Shown: positions 20,167-32,472, numbered from the stretch's first letter. The stretch is 64,000 nucleotides of DNA from an uncultured Phycisphaerales bacterium (GCA_963758525.1 CAVWVQ010000003.1:832001-896000); one strand, 5' to 3'. Notes: a model not told the origin generated them from the letters alone. Program-made: numbers and translations.

Positions 20167-20970
20167 ATGTTCGCACCACGACCGACAGCGCGTCCGGAAA
20201 TTGTTTGGCTCGGTGCCACGATGACATGGATCGCCGGCTTCGTGGATGCGATCGGTTATCTCACGCTTCGCGAAATTTATGTTGCGAATATGAGCGGAAA
20301 TACGGTTGGCGTCGCCATCCATCTGGCGCACCGCGATTGGAGCCAGGCGTGGCGCCACGCCTGCCCCTTGCTGGCATTCGTGCCCGGGCTCATCGCTGGC
20401 GATGCACTGGTCGAGTTGTATAAGCGGAAAAAGCGGCGAGCGCCGCTCACGCCCGCGCTGGTCGCGGAGGCGGCCGGGCTGGGGCTGTTCATCTTCATTG
20501 CCCATCGATCGATGCCGCCTCACAGCATAGTTGAGCCGTACAATCAGTTTGCCTATGCGCTCCTGGTCGGACTGCTCGCCTTTTCGATGGGATTACAAAA
20601 CGGGGCACTCCGTCGGATCGGCGGATTGCGTGATGTTCACACCTACGTCACCGGCACACTGCTGGCCGCTGCGCATGGCTGCACGAACTATTTGTTCTGG
20701 GTTTCCCGCCGATTGCGAAAGCTGCCCCGCCGCGGGATTGGTCAGATGCTGCGCTATTCGCCGCGCCACCGCTCTCTAAGAGCCGCATCTTTCGCCGCAC
20801 TGCTTTGGATTTTGTATGTCCTCGGTGCACTCTGCGGCGCGATCGCGGTTTCCAGGTATGGAATTGACGTCCTTATCTTCGCGATCGCAATTCTGCTTCT
20901 TATCGCACTTGTGGACAGCATCAGGCCCGCGCAACGTCAGGCAATCACCAACTCATCCAGCCCGCCCTGA
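20167..20970 (+). CDS. YoaK family (DUF1275) membrane protein
   Basis: AGFVDAIGY, ANMSGNT, MGLQN, TYVTG. Confidence 0.88.
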   Translation: MFAPRPTARPEIVWLGATMTWIAGFVDAIGYLTLREIYVANMSGNTVGVAIHLAHRDWSQAWRHACPLLAFVPGLIAGDALVELYKRKKRRAPLTPALVAEAAGLGLFIFIAHRSMPPHSIVEPYNQFAYALLVGLLAFSMGLQNGALRRIGGLRDVHTYVTGTLLAAAHGCTNYLFWVSRRLRKLPRRGIGQMLRYSPRHRSLRAASFAALLWILYVLGALCGAIAVSRYGIDVLIFAIAILLLIALVDSIRPAQRQAITNSSSPP

Positions 20971-22128
20971 AAGTCTGTCAGCAGTTCCGGCCCATTCGCG
21001 CCGCAAGCCACCATCTCGCACTGCCGCATCCCGCAGTCTCCGGCGACGTAAATCGCCGGTTCGACGTTGAACACCATTCCCTCCCGCAAAACGTCGGGCG
21101 AGAGCGGATGCAGCCGTGGCCTGGCATTGTGATTGATTGCCGCGAACCCTACGCCATGGCCCAGAGGGTTCTTGAATTCCTCGCCGAAGCCGCGCGTTTC
21201 CATCAGGCTCCTCGCCGCCCGATCGACGTCAGCGCATCGCGCATCGGGATGAATCGCGGCCAGCGCCGCTTCGCGCGCGGCAAAGATCGCTTCATACATC
21301 GCCCGTTTCTTCGACTCCGGCTCGCCCAGATAAAACGTGCGGGTAATGTCGGTCCAGTAGCCATTGACGTGCGAGTTGAAATGCACCAGAACGGTGTCTC
21401 CCGCACATAACTTCCGATCGCGCGTGTGTTGAAAGAACTTATACGCCTCGGCCGCGTTTGGGCCCGACATGCAATATGCAAACCCATCGCAACGATCGTC
21501 GGGTTTCGGACGTTGCATCAGTTGCCCGCGCACCTGCGCCGCCACCTGCGTTTCGCTGTCTCCAGGACGAATGACTTCGCGCGCAACTGCGAATGCCCGC
21601 GCCGCCGCGGTGCATGCGTTTCGAATGCTGCGGATTTCCTGCGCGGTATTGATCAGCCGCAATTCCTCCAGCAGGCCGTCCGCAGGCTCGATCCGCGCGC
21701 GGCGCGATGGCACGGAGCATCTCAGCCATGCTTCCGCCGAAACTCGTCATCGCGGCATATGGCGCCGGCTGCACCCACGGGCCGCTTGCAAACCCGATGC
21801 GGGAATTCCCCAGCTTCAGCTTCTGCAGCAGGTCGCCGAGCCTTGGCTGGATCACCTCCGTCAACGACCGAAGATGCTTGAGCGATCCCAGCTCATAACC
21901 AATAACCGAATCCGCCCATCCGCGCTCCGCGAACGGCACCGCTCCTTCCGGCGATAGAAGGGTTACGGAATCCGAGGTGGCGACAGCCAGTGTGTTTCCC
22001 GCAATGGGCCAGTACCCGCTGAGCATCAACACATCACTGGGAAGCGCGCAGACGAGCGCATCGAGCCCGCATTCGAGCATTTGCCGACGAGTGAGTTCGA
22101 TTCGTTCTGTATCTCGATCGGATTGCAT
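20937..22128 (-). CDS. Xaa-Pro peptidase (M24 family), frameshift near 21710
   Basis: N-domain MQSDRD...LSGYWP in one frame; C-domain YWTDITRT, LGHGVG, FNVEP in another. Confidence 0.82.
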
Positions 22129-22382
22129 TGTGTGCCCCCCCGCCGTGCGATGCATGCCCAGCGAATCGCGACTCCAAGACCAGCATACTGATTCCAGCGC
22201 AGGCGCAAGCGCACAACAATTGCGCCGAACAGTTCGCACTCCTTCGCACTCCTGCGCGGGTGTTCCGACGCAAGCCCGAAGGTTTTTGCGCATTGTGCGC
22301 CTCTCGCTGGCGCGTGTATGTTGCTCGTGCAAGCAGCGCCTGCCATGCCCGGCGAACCTATCTTCATGGCAAAACGAATTCC

Positions 22383-24212
22383 GTGACGGATCGAGCGACT
22401 CCAACCATTGACGACTACGCGATCATCGGCGACTGCCGATCGGCAGCGCTGATCTCGCGCGATGGCGCGCTCGACTGGCTCTGCTGGCCGCGATTCGACA
22501 GCCCCGCGATTTTCGCCGGCTTACTTGATCCGGACCGTGGCGGGCGCTGGGAAATCGCCCCCCGCGGGGAGTTTCAATCGAGTCGTCGGTATCTGCCCAA
22601 CACCAATGTCCTGGAGAACCGGTTTCAGACGGACAGCGGGGTGATGACGCTTACCGATTTCATGCCGGTGGCCGATGAGCGATACTACCAGCGGCATCTG
22701 ATTCCCGATCGTTCGATCATCCGGCTGCTGCGCTGTGAAAGCGGAACAGTCGTGGTCCGGATCCGTTTTGCCGCGCGGCCCGATTTCGGGCGGCGTCGAG
22801 CCACCATCGTCGATCGCGGGAAGCTCGGCCTGCGGATGAACACCGGCGGAAATGGAATGCTGGCGTTGCATTCCTCCATTGCTTTTGAGCTCGATGACGG
22901 CGTGGCAAACGCCACCCTGTCGATGAACGCCGGCGATGAAATTCCGCTCATCCTGACGTACGCCGAATCCTCACCGGAAGTGCTGCCCGTCCTCAGCCAC
23001 GCTGCAGCATCGCTGGCGCGTACGGTTGAGTGGTGGGAAGCCTGGTCTGCAGGCATGACATACGACGGTCCGTACCGGGATGCCGTGATGCGGAGTGTCC
23101 TCACCCTCAAGCTTCTGGAATATCCCGCCAGCGGTGCATTCGTTGCCGCGCCGACCACCTCGCTTCCCGAGCGGGTTGGAGGGGATCTCAACTGGGACTA
23201 TCGCTACTGCTGGCTCCGCGACGCCTCGCTGATGATCGAGGCCCTGACCGGAACCGGCTTTGTCGTCGAGGCAGAGGCCTTCGCGGAATGGATGATGTAT
23301 TCCACTCGTCTTACGCAGCCAAGGTTGATGGTGGCGTACGACGTGCATGGCAACCACATCCCAAAGGAGCGGCCGTTGAGCTGGCTCGCCGGCTACCGCA
23401 ACTCCTCGCCGGTCAATATCGGTAACGCAGCCCGTACACAAACTCAATTGGATACTTACGGTGAAGTGGTTTCCGGCGTGGCGAAGCTGCTGAAGCACAA
23501 AGGGCAGGTTGCCGATCGCGCAACCTCCAAAGTCCTCGCGGGGTTCGGCAAATACGTATGCAAGCACTGGTGCGACCCGGACTCCGGAATCTGGGAAGAG
23601 CGCGGAAAGCCGGTCGTCCACACGCATTCCAGGCTGATGTGCTGGGTAGCGCTGGACGCGTTGATCGATCTGCATGAGCACGGGCTGATCTGCCGGATTC
23701 CGATCGACGAATTCGTGCGCGTGCGCGCGGTCATCCGCCGATCCATCGAATCTGAAGCGTGGTTCGCGACCGCCGCGACGTACTCCAGTCAACCGGGAAA
23801 GCTCAAGATCGATGCCGCCCTTCTGCGAATGGCGATCCATGGTTTCGACGACGCTTCGAGCGAGCGGATGCGCCAGACCTGCGACCGGATATGTCGCGAG
23901 CTGGGCGCCGGCGGGGCACTGCTGTACCGGAACCTTCCCGCTGATGGCAAGCCAGATCAGGGAGCATTTGGGATATGCGGCTTCTGGAAAGCCCAATTCA
24001 TCGCCATCGGGGGTGGATCCTTGATGCAAGCGGAAAGTGACTTCGCCACGCTCCTTGGAACGGCCAACGATCTTGGCTTGTTTGGCGAGGAAACCGACCC
24101 GGTTTCCGGGGCTGCATTGGGAAACTTTCCCCAGGGGTTCACGCATGTTGGGCTGATTAACGCGGCGATGGCAATCGAGACACGACGACGCTGCGGGACG
24201 GGTAAGCAATGA
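22383..24212 (+). CDS. Glycoside hydrolase family 15 (trehalase/glucoamylase-like)
   Basis: IGDCRSAAL, CWPRFDSP, AAPTTSLPE, WDYRYCWLRD, GNFPQGFTH. Confidence 0.93.
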   Translation: MTDRATPTIDDYAIIGDCRSAALISRDGALDWLCWPRFDSPAIFAGLLDPDRGGRWEIAPRGEFQSSRRYLPNTNVLENRFQTDSGVMTLTDFMPVADERYYQRHLIPDRSIIRLLRCESGTVVVRIRFAARPDFGRRRATIVDRGKLGLRMNTGGNGMLALHSSIAFELDDGVANATLSMNAGDEIPLILTYAESSPEVLPVLSHAAASLARTVEWWEAWSAGMTYDGPYRDAVMRSVLTLKLLEYPASGAFVAAPTTSLPERVGGDLNWDYRYCWLRDASLMIEALTGTGFVVEAEAFAEWMMYSTRLTQPRLMVAYDVHGNHIPKERPLSWLAGYRNSSPVNIGNAARTQTQLDTYGEVVSGVAKLLKHKGQVADRATSKVLAGFGKYVCKHWCDPDSGIWEERGKPVVHTHSRLMCWVALDALIDLHEHGLICRIPIDEFVRVRAVIRRSIESEAWFATAATYSSQPGKLKIDAALLRMAIHGFDDASSERMRQTCDRICRELGAGGALLYRNLPADGKPDQGAFGICGFWKAQFIAIGGGSLMQAESDFATLLGTANDLGLFGEETDPVSGAALGNFPQGFTHVGLINAAMAIETRRRCGTGKQ

Positions 24213-24679
24213 TGGTGCTCCGATGGATATATTGGGGCGTGATTGCCACTCTCGCGCAAATGATCTTTGAGGCGGCAATGGTGGGGCTCCATCTGACTCG
24301 CATGAGCATGCCCATGCTGGTTGGCACGATGTGGACGCCCGATCGCGCGCGGGCAGAAGTGATCGGATTTGTCACACACATCGTGAACGGCATCTTTTTC
24401 ACTCTCGTGTACGTGACGGCGTTTCACTTCATCGGCGCCGGCGGCTGGTGGCGCGGCGGGCTGATCGGTCTGGCGCAGGCGGCGTTCCTTCTCCTCGTCG
24501 GTATGCCGATGCTCCCCTCCATTCACCCGCGCATGACCAGCGAGCGCTGCGGACCGACGGCGAGGCGTCAGCTCGAGCCGCCAGGATTTCTGGCGTTGAA
24601 TTACGGCGTGAACACACCGGTCGCGATTGTGGTGTCGCACATCATCTTTGGAGTGGTGATCGGCGCATTTTGCCCTTGA
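24209..24679 (+). CDS. Conserved-looking 4-TM membrane protein coupled to GH15
   Basis: ATGA overlap with GH15 stop; HPRM, EPPGF, NYG motifs. Confidence 0.75.
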   Translation: MMVLRWIYWGVIATLAQMIFEAAMVGLHLTRMSMPMLVGTMWTPDRARAEVIGFVTHIVNGIFFTLVYVTAFHFIGAGGWWRGGLIGLAQAAFLLLVGMPMLPSIHPRMTSERCGPTARRQLEPPGFLALNYGVNTPVAIVVSHIIFGVVIGAFCP

Positions 24680-24758
24680 GCGGATCGCCGCCCGATCGCC
24701 GCCCGACGGAAAATGCTGCGGGGCGTGGAATGTCTCCTTCAATCCTTTCAACAGTCAG

Positions 24759-26269
24759 TCATTGCCGCACGATCGTGGGACCCTTCGATTTGCCGTCGCC
24801 GCGCCGCCGCGCGCCGTCATCCGCCGCGCCTTTCTGTTGTTGTGCCCGTTCGTGCGCCTCGTCCCGCTCCCGCAGTGAATCGTAAATTGGCGGATTTCCC
24901 AGCAGTTCCGGTATCGCGTACGAAGTGACCGAAGCAGCCATCATGGGCAGGATCAGCGGCCAGCTCCCGGTCATTTCCAGGAGCAGAACCACCCCGGTCA
25001 GCGGTGAGCGCACGACGGCCGTGAAGCAGGCGGCCATCGCAACGATGGCATACGGAGCCGGATCGTACGACTGGTGAAACAAGCTCGATTCGGCTGCCGC
25101 GAAGGCGCTGCCAAGCAATGCACCCAGCGCCAGCAGCGGAGCGAAAATGCCGCCGGGCGCGCCACTGCTATAGGAGGCGATGGTCAGCACGAACCGCGCG
25201 AGCAGCAGGCAGCTAAGAACTTTCCATGGAATGCTGGTCACAATGGCGGATTGCGCGACGGTTTCACCCCCGCCGACCAGAGCCGGCGCGAACCATGCAA
25301 GCAGCCCTGCCGCCGCCCCCACTACCGCGCCTTCGCGCTGCGCGGCCAGCGCGCCGCCCGGTCTGCCATCTTCATTCCCCGGATCAGGGCCAGATTGAAT
25401 GCGACCCCAAGCAATCCTGCCAGCAATCCCAACAGCAGATAACCGGGCAACACGTCGGCGGGGAGCACGGTCAATCGCAAGCTTCCGAATTCTGTCACGT
25501 TTCCCAGCATCAGTCGCAGAACGACGGTACCCGTGATGCAGGCCACCAGCGTGGCACTGAAGACGCGGGCGGAAAAGCGGTGTAACAGTTCCTCGACGAC
25601 AAAGATCACCGCCGCCAGCGGCGCGTTAAACGCCACGGCAAGTCCCGCGCCGGCGCCGGCGGCAATCAGCGTCCAGGGCTCGGGGAGGAAGCGCTTCAGG
25701 CCGTCGCTCACGAGGCGGCCGATCGTTCCTGCCATTTGAACGGTGGGTCCCTCCCGTCCCAGCGCCAGTCCGCTGCCGATCCCCAGCGCCCCGCCGATGA
25801 ATTTGACGGGGACGATCCAGAGGGCCGCTGGTCGAAGGTGGTGCCGCAGGACCGATTCAACGCGCGGGATTCCGCTCCCCGCGGTCTGCGGAGCAAGCCG
25901 CTGCGTGAGGTAACTGGCTGCCGCCGCGCCGGCGGCGCAAAGCGACATTGGAATCACCCATCCGAACCACCACAGCCCGTGGTGATGCGCCCAGAGGGCC
26001 ATTTCGGTTCGATAGTGCGCGAGCAGTGTCAGCACCATCCGAAATGCGCCGCCGACCACGCCTGCCAGAGCGCCTACCAGCGCAGCCACAATCATCAGGA
26101 AAAGCCACTGCCCAGGACGTGATGGCAGTCGATCCTCGTCGTCTGCAATGGTCTCCAGCTTCTGCGCGGCAAGTTGAGTCTTCGTCAGCACAAGCGGTAT
26201 GCCAGGCGGCCGGCGGCGCAGTCGGCGGAGCGGGTTCCGGAAATATGGCGCTTTCACAGCGGACTGCAC
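24759..26269 (-). CDS. clcA: ClC-type H+/Cl- antiporter, frameshift near 25322
   Basis: GSGIP, GREGP, AFNAPL, GGIFAP, PIYD signature motifs split over two frames. Confidence 0.88.
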
Positions 26270-26692
26270 TCCTCTTCAACTTGCCCCGACGGCACTACTG
26301 AACGATCCGTCAGATCGATAGCGGCACGACTCCCGCCGCGCCTCGTGACCGGATCCATCCTTGCTGGCCGGCCAACATAACTCGTTTGGCAAGTTCCGGC
26401 CCCATGCAATACCCAGCGCGTCACAGGGATTGAGCGCACGGCGAAAGGTTGAAATGGCTGTTGCACTGACGTTGGCCAGCCCGTTCTCCCTTGCCAGAAA
26501 CGGGGTCGTCCACTTGAGAGAGACACCGGGAAACCGCCCAATCTGCTTCAGGTTTTTGCCGGGTGCGCGAAACCTCGGCGCTCCTTTTGCATTCTCTTTT
26601 TTGGCGGAGACGTTTCCGCCGCACGCAGCAGCCACCGCCGAAAAGCGACCGAGCTCGGCTGCGTTGAATACTATTTTTTTGGAGGTCTTATC

Positions 26693-27316
26693 ATGGTCAG
26701 CGAGAATCCAAGCAATGTTGCAACTCGCTCTGACCGCGGCATCATCGCGGAAGAGACAATTGTTGCGGCATCTACCGGCGTGAATAATCTTGACGAGTAT
26801 CCGCTCCCTTCTTTCTGGGGATCGATCGTAGCCGGCGCGGTGGTCGTCATGAGCATCGGCGCCTTGTCCGAGTGCCTTATGTTCGCTTGCCGCGTTGGAA
26901 CGTACGGCAACGGTCAGGTCTACCTGGGCGCTGGAGCTGCATTCTGGATGTTCATCACCACCTGCGTCGCGTTCTTCTTCGGGGGAATGGTCGCGAGCCG
27001 ACTCAGCTTGCGCGGCGGCTGGATGCGAGGGCTGACGGTGTGGGCGTTCACTCTTCCCCTGCTGATGCTCGTCACCGCCTTCATCTCCGGCGGAGCGGGC
27101 CTCGGGTTCGTCCATAACACGCGCATCGCCGAGGAGGTCATCACCAATAACCACATCACCACCTTCTACGGCGGGGGCTCGTTCGTGAGCTACGGCGGTG
27201 TGTGGAGCGGATTTATCCTGCTTGCCTTAGGACTGATTTTCAGCCTCGTCGGCGCGTACATGCCCAGCGCAAGTCAAACGGATAGATTCGGCGCCGGGGT
27301 CAACAGGGCCGCGTAA
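26693..27316 (+). CDS. Hypothetical 4-TM membrane protein
   Basis: WGSIVAG, FFFGGMVASR, GLTVWA; GGAGG RBS upstream. Confidence 0.7.
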   Translation: MVSENPSNVATRSDRGIIAEETIVAASTGVNNLDEYPLPSFWGSIVAGAVVVMSIGALSECLMFACRVGTYGNGQVYLGAGAAFWMFITTCVAFFFGGMVASRLSLRGGWMRGLTVWAFTLPLLMLVTAFISGGAGLGFVHNTRIAEEVITNNHITTFYGGGSFVSYGGVWSGFILLALGLIFSLVGAYMPSASQTDRFGAGVNRAA

Positions 27317-27448
27317 GTTCAGGATCACCTTGACATTTCCGAGGTGCGCCTCTGTGGCGCACCTCGGGGGACAAGCAGTGGCGCTCAGCAAGGCCGAGAT
27401 TCTGTTTGTAGACGGGTTACCCTGGTTCATCCGAAGCCGCAGCAGTTG

Positions 27449-29406
27449 TCAGCTCAAGACCCCGTCGATTGTCTGGCGGCGCATGCGGCCCGGTTGACTC
27501 ATGAGCTCCCTCAGCAGCGAAAGATGGCTCTCATACACACCGCGAGGTGTGGTGTTCTGACTTATGCAGATCCAAGCTGCTTTGCCGACAATTTCGCCCA
27601 TCATTCCACAGGTCCGCATGACCCGCACCGGGCCTAATCCCTCGTGCGTGACGCTGATGTCACGGCCGGCCATGAAGAGATTGCTGATGTTCCGGCTATA
27701 CAAGCACCGGTAGGGCGACCAGTACGGTCCCTTGTATTGAAACTCTTTTCCCGCGGTGGCATGGGAGATGAACTCCTCGCCTTTGAGGCCGTCCTGAAAT
27801 TTGGAATCCGGCTCATGGAGATCGATGTGCCAGGAGCAGGGAAATGCCGCATCAGGGAAGACGCGGCCGGTCCTGAAATCGTCCACGCCCAGGACGACAT
27901 CGCCGAGCAGGCGACGCGACTCGCGCTTGCCGGCGATGAACGCCGCCCAGCCGATGCGGTGGTTCGGGTACAGCTTGTCCACGTTCTTCAGCGTATCCCA
28001 GGCACCGTACATCGCTCGCAGATTCAGGTCGCGGATTCGCTCGACATCGTTGATGGGATCCGCATCAAAGCCGCTTTCCCAGAACCAGCCGCCTAGATTG
28101 CCCAGGGGATCCTTCCCGCCCCATTGTCCTTTGAACTTGTCACGCCCGGGGAAGGGCTTGTCGCTCAGATCGATTGCCCATGGGCAACGGGGAAAGGGAG
28201 CGGCAACATTGCCGGACTCCGCCGCCATCGCCAGAGCAGTCTTGTCCTTGCATTCACATTTCAGAACCTGTTTTGAGTCGGCCACATCCAGGACGTTCCA
28301 CAGGTTGCTCATGCCCTGATGCTTCTCGCGGGTGATTTCATAGTCCGCGTTGGCGAGAAAGCCTACGGTGGCATCACCAGTACAGTCGGCGAAGAACCTC
28401 GCCGTAAGCCGGGTGCGGCGTGCGGTGTGAGTATGCTGGACGACCACGGCAGTGATTTGCCCGTTGCGCGCCTCAACGGCAAACGCACGATGATCGGTCA
28501 AAAGACTGATCCGCGACTCGGCGAGAACCAATTTGGTCTTGCGCGCGTCGTCATAGATTGCGCCGCCCCTGGCATTGCCATCGCCGGCACCTTTTTCAGC
28601 GACGAGTTCTTCCACGATGTCGCCGATGTGCGGAAACGGCTTTTGATTGGTATGGCCTTCGGGCCAGACACGCACTTCCGAACTCCCATTGCCGCCCAGG
28701 ACGGGCCGATCCTGCACGAGGGCGACCCTCAGCCCATTGCGCGCGGCCGACAGCGCCGCGCTGGAACCCGCGATGCCCCCGCCAACCACGACCAGGTCGA
28801 AGTCTCCGCCGTTCTCCGGTTCGTCCGGCAAGCCCAGCAGCGCACGGCGAAATTGGGTTAACGCGGCCAATTCGTTGGGTGGCTTGAAAGTGAGATCATC
28901 GGAAAAGAGCACCGCATCGCATCGGCCCTCGAACCCGGTGAGATCGTGCAGCGCCACCGTCGTCTGGGGACCCAGGTCGGCGGTTCCTCCATCCTGCCAG
29001 TGCCAGTCAGCGCCTTCGGTGCCGAACGTCACCGCAAGCGCGTGGCCGTTGATGAGCAACTGAAACTTTCCCGGGGCGCCGGCGCATTCCACGGCGCGAC
29101 CCAGTCCCTGGTGCGAACCCAGACGCGGTACTTCCCCGGCGAAGAGACCGTAACCTTGGTGACCGCATCCCTCACCGGCACACCCAGGCCGTGCGCCAGC
29201 AAATAAGGTGAGCCCATCTGGTCCATCGACTGCTGATCGGTGTCCCAGCCGCCGGTATCGGCGAACTGCTCGGCCTCCAGAAAGAGCAGGTTGGCGCCCT
29301 TTGCGGGCGCGGTGTCGCCAAGCACGCCAGCCAATGGCGCCGGCAGCAGCCCCGCAAGCATCGCCCCGCCCGACATCCGGACAAACTCGCGACGTGTGGT
29401 TTTCAT
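27449..29406 (-). CDS. Tat-exported FAD-dependent oxidoreductase, frameshift near 29090
   Basis: Tat motif MKTTRREFV; VVGGGIAG, GGNGSSEVR, RESRRL, MAGRDIS, RVMRT. Confidence 0.85.
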
Positions 29407-29429
29407 AGGGATTACAGTGAGTCTCAGGA

Positions 29430-30163
29430 TCCTTTTTTTTATAGTCAAGACGCCGCCGGGTGTTGACGAGGATCCCGCCGCGGGTTCCCAGCCTATGAAG
29501 GTGACCAGAGGCAATTCATGGTTCCGAGGCGTCTTTACGCTCAGCGCGAGCCAGACCGACTCCATCCTCCAGGCGCCGACATTCGGGCTGGCCAAGACGC
29601 TCGTGTACCTTAACGGGCAACCGGTCGAGGAGTCGGAGCAGGATGTCTCGAACATTCTCGTCGCCGGCAAGAACACGGTTCTCATCGAAGTCCAAAGCAG
29701 GTTGGGCGATAGCGGAAACCTGCTTCTGTCGCTCTGGCACAACTCGCCGCTCACTCACGCGACGTGGTATTTTGAGCCCGGCTTGGATGATCTTCATGAA
29801 ACCGCGGTCATCGGTCGTGTGACCAACTGGGACGACTTCCTCCGCCACGAGCCCTGGCAGCCCGGGGAGTCAACATCCGCGCAGCAGCCGACGTTCTGGA
29901 AGTGCAGCTTCAATTACCACAAACTCGTCGGTTGGCAGCAGAGCATGGGCCTGTTGACCACTGGATTGAAAGCTGGACATGTCTGGCTCAACGGCCACAA
30001 CCTCGGCCCATCGCCGCAACCCTTTCCGATGTACATGCCCGAGTGCTGGATACGCGACGGGCAGAACTCGCTCGTGATTTTCGACATGGAAGGAAGCAAG
30101 CCGGGACAAGTGACGCTTCAGAGTTATGAGGCCCACCAGGTCCTTCAGGCGTCGCGACGATGA
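29430..30163 (+). pseudogene. C-terminal fragment of a beta-galactosidase-like (GH35 jelly-roll) protein
   Basis: PTFWKCSF, KAGHVWLNGHNLG, YMPECW, NSLVIFD; no catalytic domain or plausible start. Confidence 0.6.
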
Positions 30164-30265
30164 ATTACTCCCAGTGACGATTGTGACGATTACAGATTTT
30201 CAGCGAACTTATCGTCGAGCGCGCGGTGCTGTCAGTGCTATTCTGGTGCGATCAACCGTCTTCCC

Positions 30266-31789
30266 GTGGGAGATCGATGGATGGCACAACGAACTTCTTC
30301 TCTCACGCACTTACCGCTGGTCTATCCGCTGGTCAGCGGGCCGGGGATCGCCAGGTGGTTGGTGGCTTGCCTTCTGGGCTTTATTGGGTGGGCATTCGTT
30401 GTGTTTTCGATCATGGCGATCCCCAGCGCCCTGCAGGGGAACTTTGACGGGCCGTCGTTTCTGCTCGGAGTTTTCTTTCTGATCGGCCTGGGAGTCCTCG
30501 CCGTCGCCATGGCAACCGTATTGTATCGGCATTGCATCGTCATCGACCTGCGCACGCGAACGGTGACCCGCCATCGAACGTGGGGGCCGATCACGCGCAC
30601 GCGCGCTTTGGCCTGCGATGAGGTCCGCGCCGTTCGATTGATGCACGATACGCGTCGCAGGGAAGGCAAAAAAGGCGGCAGCTACTCCGGCGGCTCCTAC
30701 ACCGTGTGCGCGATGAAGCTGGTGAGCCGCAAGGGGGAAGTCTGGCATTTGTGCGAACGGCCGACAGTGGGGGAAGCAATGCGCCGAATGCTTCCATCGG
30801 TCGTCGGGCGCATCGCCACGGACTACGAGCAACTGCAGCGCGACGAGGCGACCAAACTGTGCGCTGCGACGGGCTGGCGGCTGGAGGATCGGCTGGAGCG
30901 AAGCACGACGGGATGGGTTCCCGCAGCCAGCGAGCCGTGCGCGCACAGGGTCGAAGACATCGGACCGTCGATTCGCGGGATTGATGCGCCCGCCTGGTTG
31001 CAACGCGCGGTTCCGCGGCGGGTGCGCCGCCGCTGGCAGACGGTGCTGGTCAGTCTCCTGGGCTGGGGCGTGATCGTCGGGCCGCTGCTGGCAGCAGCGA
31101 TCTGGGTCGGCGCACGCTACCGCGACGTGCAAAGCATGCGGACCATCGACGCGAAGGTGATCGGCCTGGCGCACGACTGGAACCCCGGGGGCTATGGCGT
31201 GGATTATCGATTCGCGGTCGATGGTCGCGAATACACCCGTTGGGAGATGAATGTTTCACCAGCGATATGGGCCGAAGCGCAGTCGCGCGAGTCGATACAG
31301 GTCAGCTATTTGCCGCGCGATCCGCGGCAATCCAACCTGGGGCTCCCACCGCCGGTGCTGGTCTTGCCACAGAATTGGATGGTCATGGGCTTGGAGCGAA
31401 TACCGTCCTTCCTGGTGGCGATCGCGGTTGCGGTGGGAATGTGGAGGCGTGCGAATCGCATCGCCCGCGCGAAGTTTTTGGGAGAGCGGGGATGCATGAG
31501 GCAGGGAATGGTTTTCCGCCGGGCACAAAAAGTTGGGGTAAGGCGAACGCAGTCGCGCCTGACGATCAACGGCGTCACGCTCTTCAACCCGTGGACATCG
31601 CCTGAGTATGAGTCAAACCAGATTCGCTACGAATTCATCGTCGACGGCAAGAAGCAGTTTGGGTATGTACCGGCAACTTCGCTGGGTATTTTCCGTCGCG
31701 ACGGGCTGGTCGGCGTGATGTATGACCCGCACTTTCCGGAAGTGCATCTGCCGCTGCCAGCCGTCGAGCGGTATCTGGCATTCGATTAG
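30266..31789 (+). CDS. Membrane protein with DUF3592-like domain(s)
   Basis: TM pairs; YRFAVDGREY...VSYLPRDP and YEFIVDGK...VMYDPHFP. Confidence 0.65.
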   Translation: MGDRWMAQRTSSLTHLPLVYPLVSGPGIARWLVACLLGFIGWAFVVFSIMAIPSALQGNFDGPSFLLGVFFLIGLGVLAVAMATVLYRHCIVIDLRTRTVTRHRTWGPITRTRALACDEVRAVRLMHDTRRREGKKGGSYSGGSYTVCAMKLVSRKGEVWHLCERPTVGEAMRRMLPSVVGRIATDYEQLQRDEATKLCAATGWRLEDRLERSTTGWVPAASEPCAHRVEDIGPSIRGIDAPAWLQRAVPRRVRRRWQTVLVSLLGWGVIVGPLLAAAIWVGARYRDVQSMRTIDAKVIGLAHDWNPGGYGVDYRFAVDGREYTRWEMNVSPAIWAEAQSRESIQVSYLPRDPRQSNLGLPPPVLVLPQNWMVMGLERIPSFLVAIAVAVGMWRRANRIARAKFLGERGCMRQGMVFRRAQKVGVRRTQSRLTINGVTLFNPWTSPEYESNQIRYEFIVDGKKQFGYVPATSLGIFRRDGLVGVMYDPHFPEVHLPLPAVERYLAFD

Positions 31790-31896
31790 TCTGTCTGAAT
31801 CAGGGAAGGCCCGCCATCACCAGGCATCTTCGACAATTCCATATCTTCGCGATCGACGGCCAACACCTCTCGATCCGCGGGTCGAAGAAGACCGCG

Positions 31897-32412
31897 GTGG
31901 TAGGCATGTTGGTCGGAGGCGTTTTCGTCATCGTCGCCGTAGGCATGGCGTACAAAATGCTCACCGTGCCCAGTTCGGCTTGGACGCCCAACTGGCAAAA
32001 GACAGGCCCGATGTACCCGCTGGCGCAGCATTCCACGGGCGATCGATTCGCCACCTACGCGTTCATCTTTCTGTTCTGCGGGTGTTTCCTCGTCGCCGGC
32101 AGCGCCGCCGCGGTGGCGTCATTGCGGACGATGCTGCGGTGTTGGTTGTTCGACAAGGACGCCGGGGTCGCGACGCTCGGCAAACGAAGTTGGCCGCTGG
32201 ACGAGATCCGCTCGCTGCGTCTGAAAGCCGACATGATTCTGCAGTTGCCCCTGAGCGTGAGTCTCATGATGGAACTGGCGAGCGGGAGCGAGGTACGCGT
32301 GATCCGCAGTGCAATCCCCAGGGGCAGCACGCTGCACGATCAGCAGGCTCGTCTGGAGCCGGTCGCCCAGCAGATGGCGGAGTGGCTGGCGGTGCCCCTG
32401 TATTGTGGCTGA
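31897..32412 (+). CDS. Hypothetical membrane protein
   Basis: Two TM helices followed by a PH-like tail; start uncertain. Confidence 0.55.
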   Translation: MVGMLVGGVFVIVAVGMAYKMLTVPSSAWTPNWQKTGPMYPLAQHSTGDRFATYAFIFLFCGCFLVAGSAAAVASLRTMLRCWLFDKDAGVATLGKRSWPLDEIRSLRLKADMILQLPLSVSLMMELASGSEVRVIRSAIPRGSTLHDQQARLEPVAQQMAEWLAVPLYCG

Positions 32413-32472
32413 GCGCGGACTGCCCGTCCGATTTTGTGCAGTTCAGTGCATGATGGCATATCGACGGTAAGG

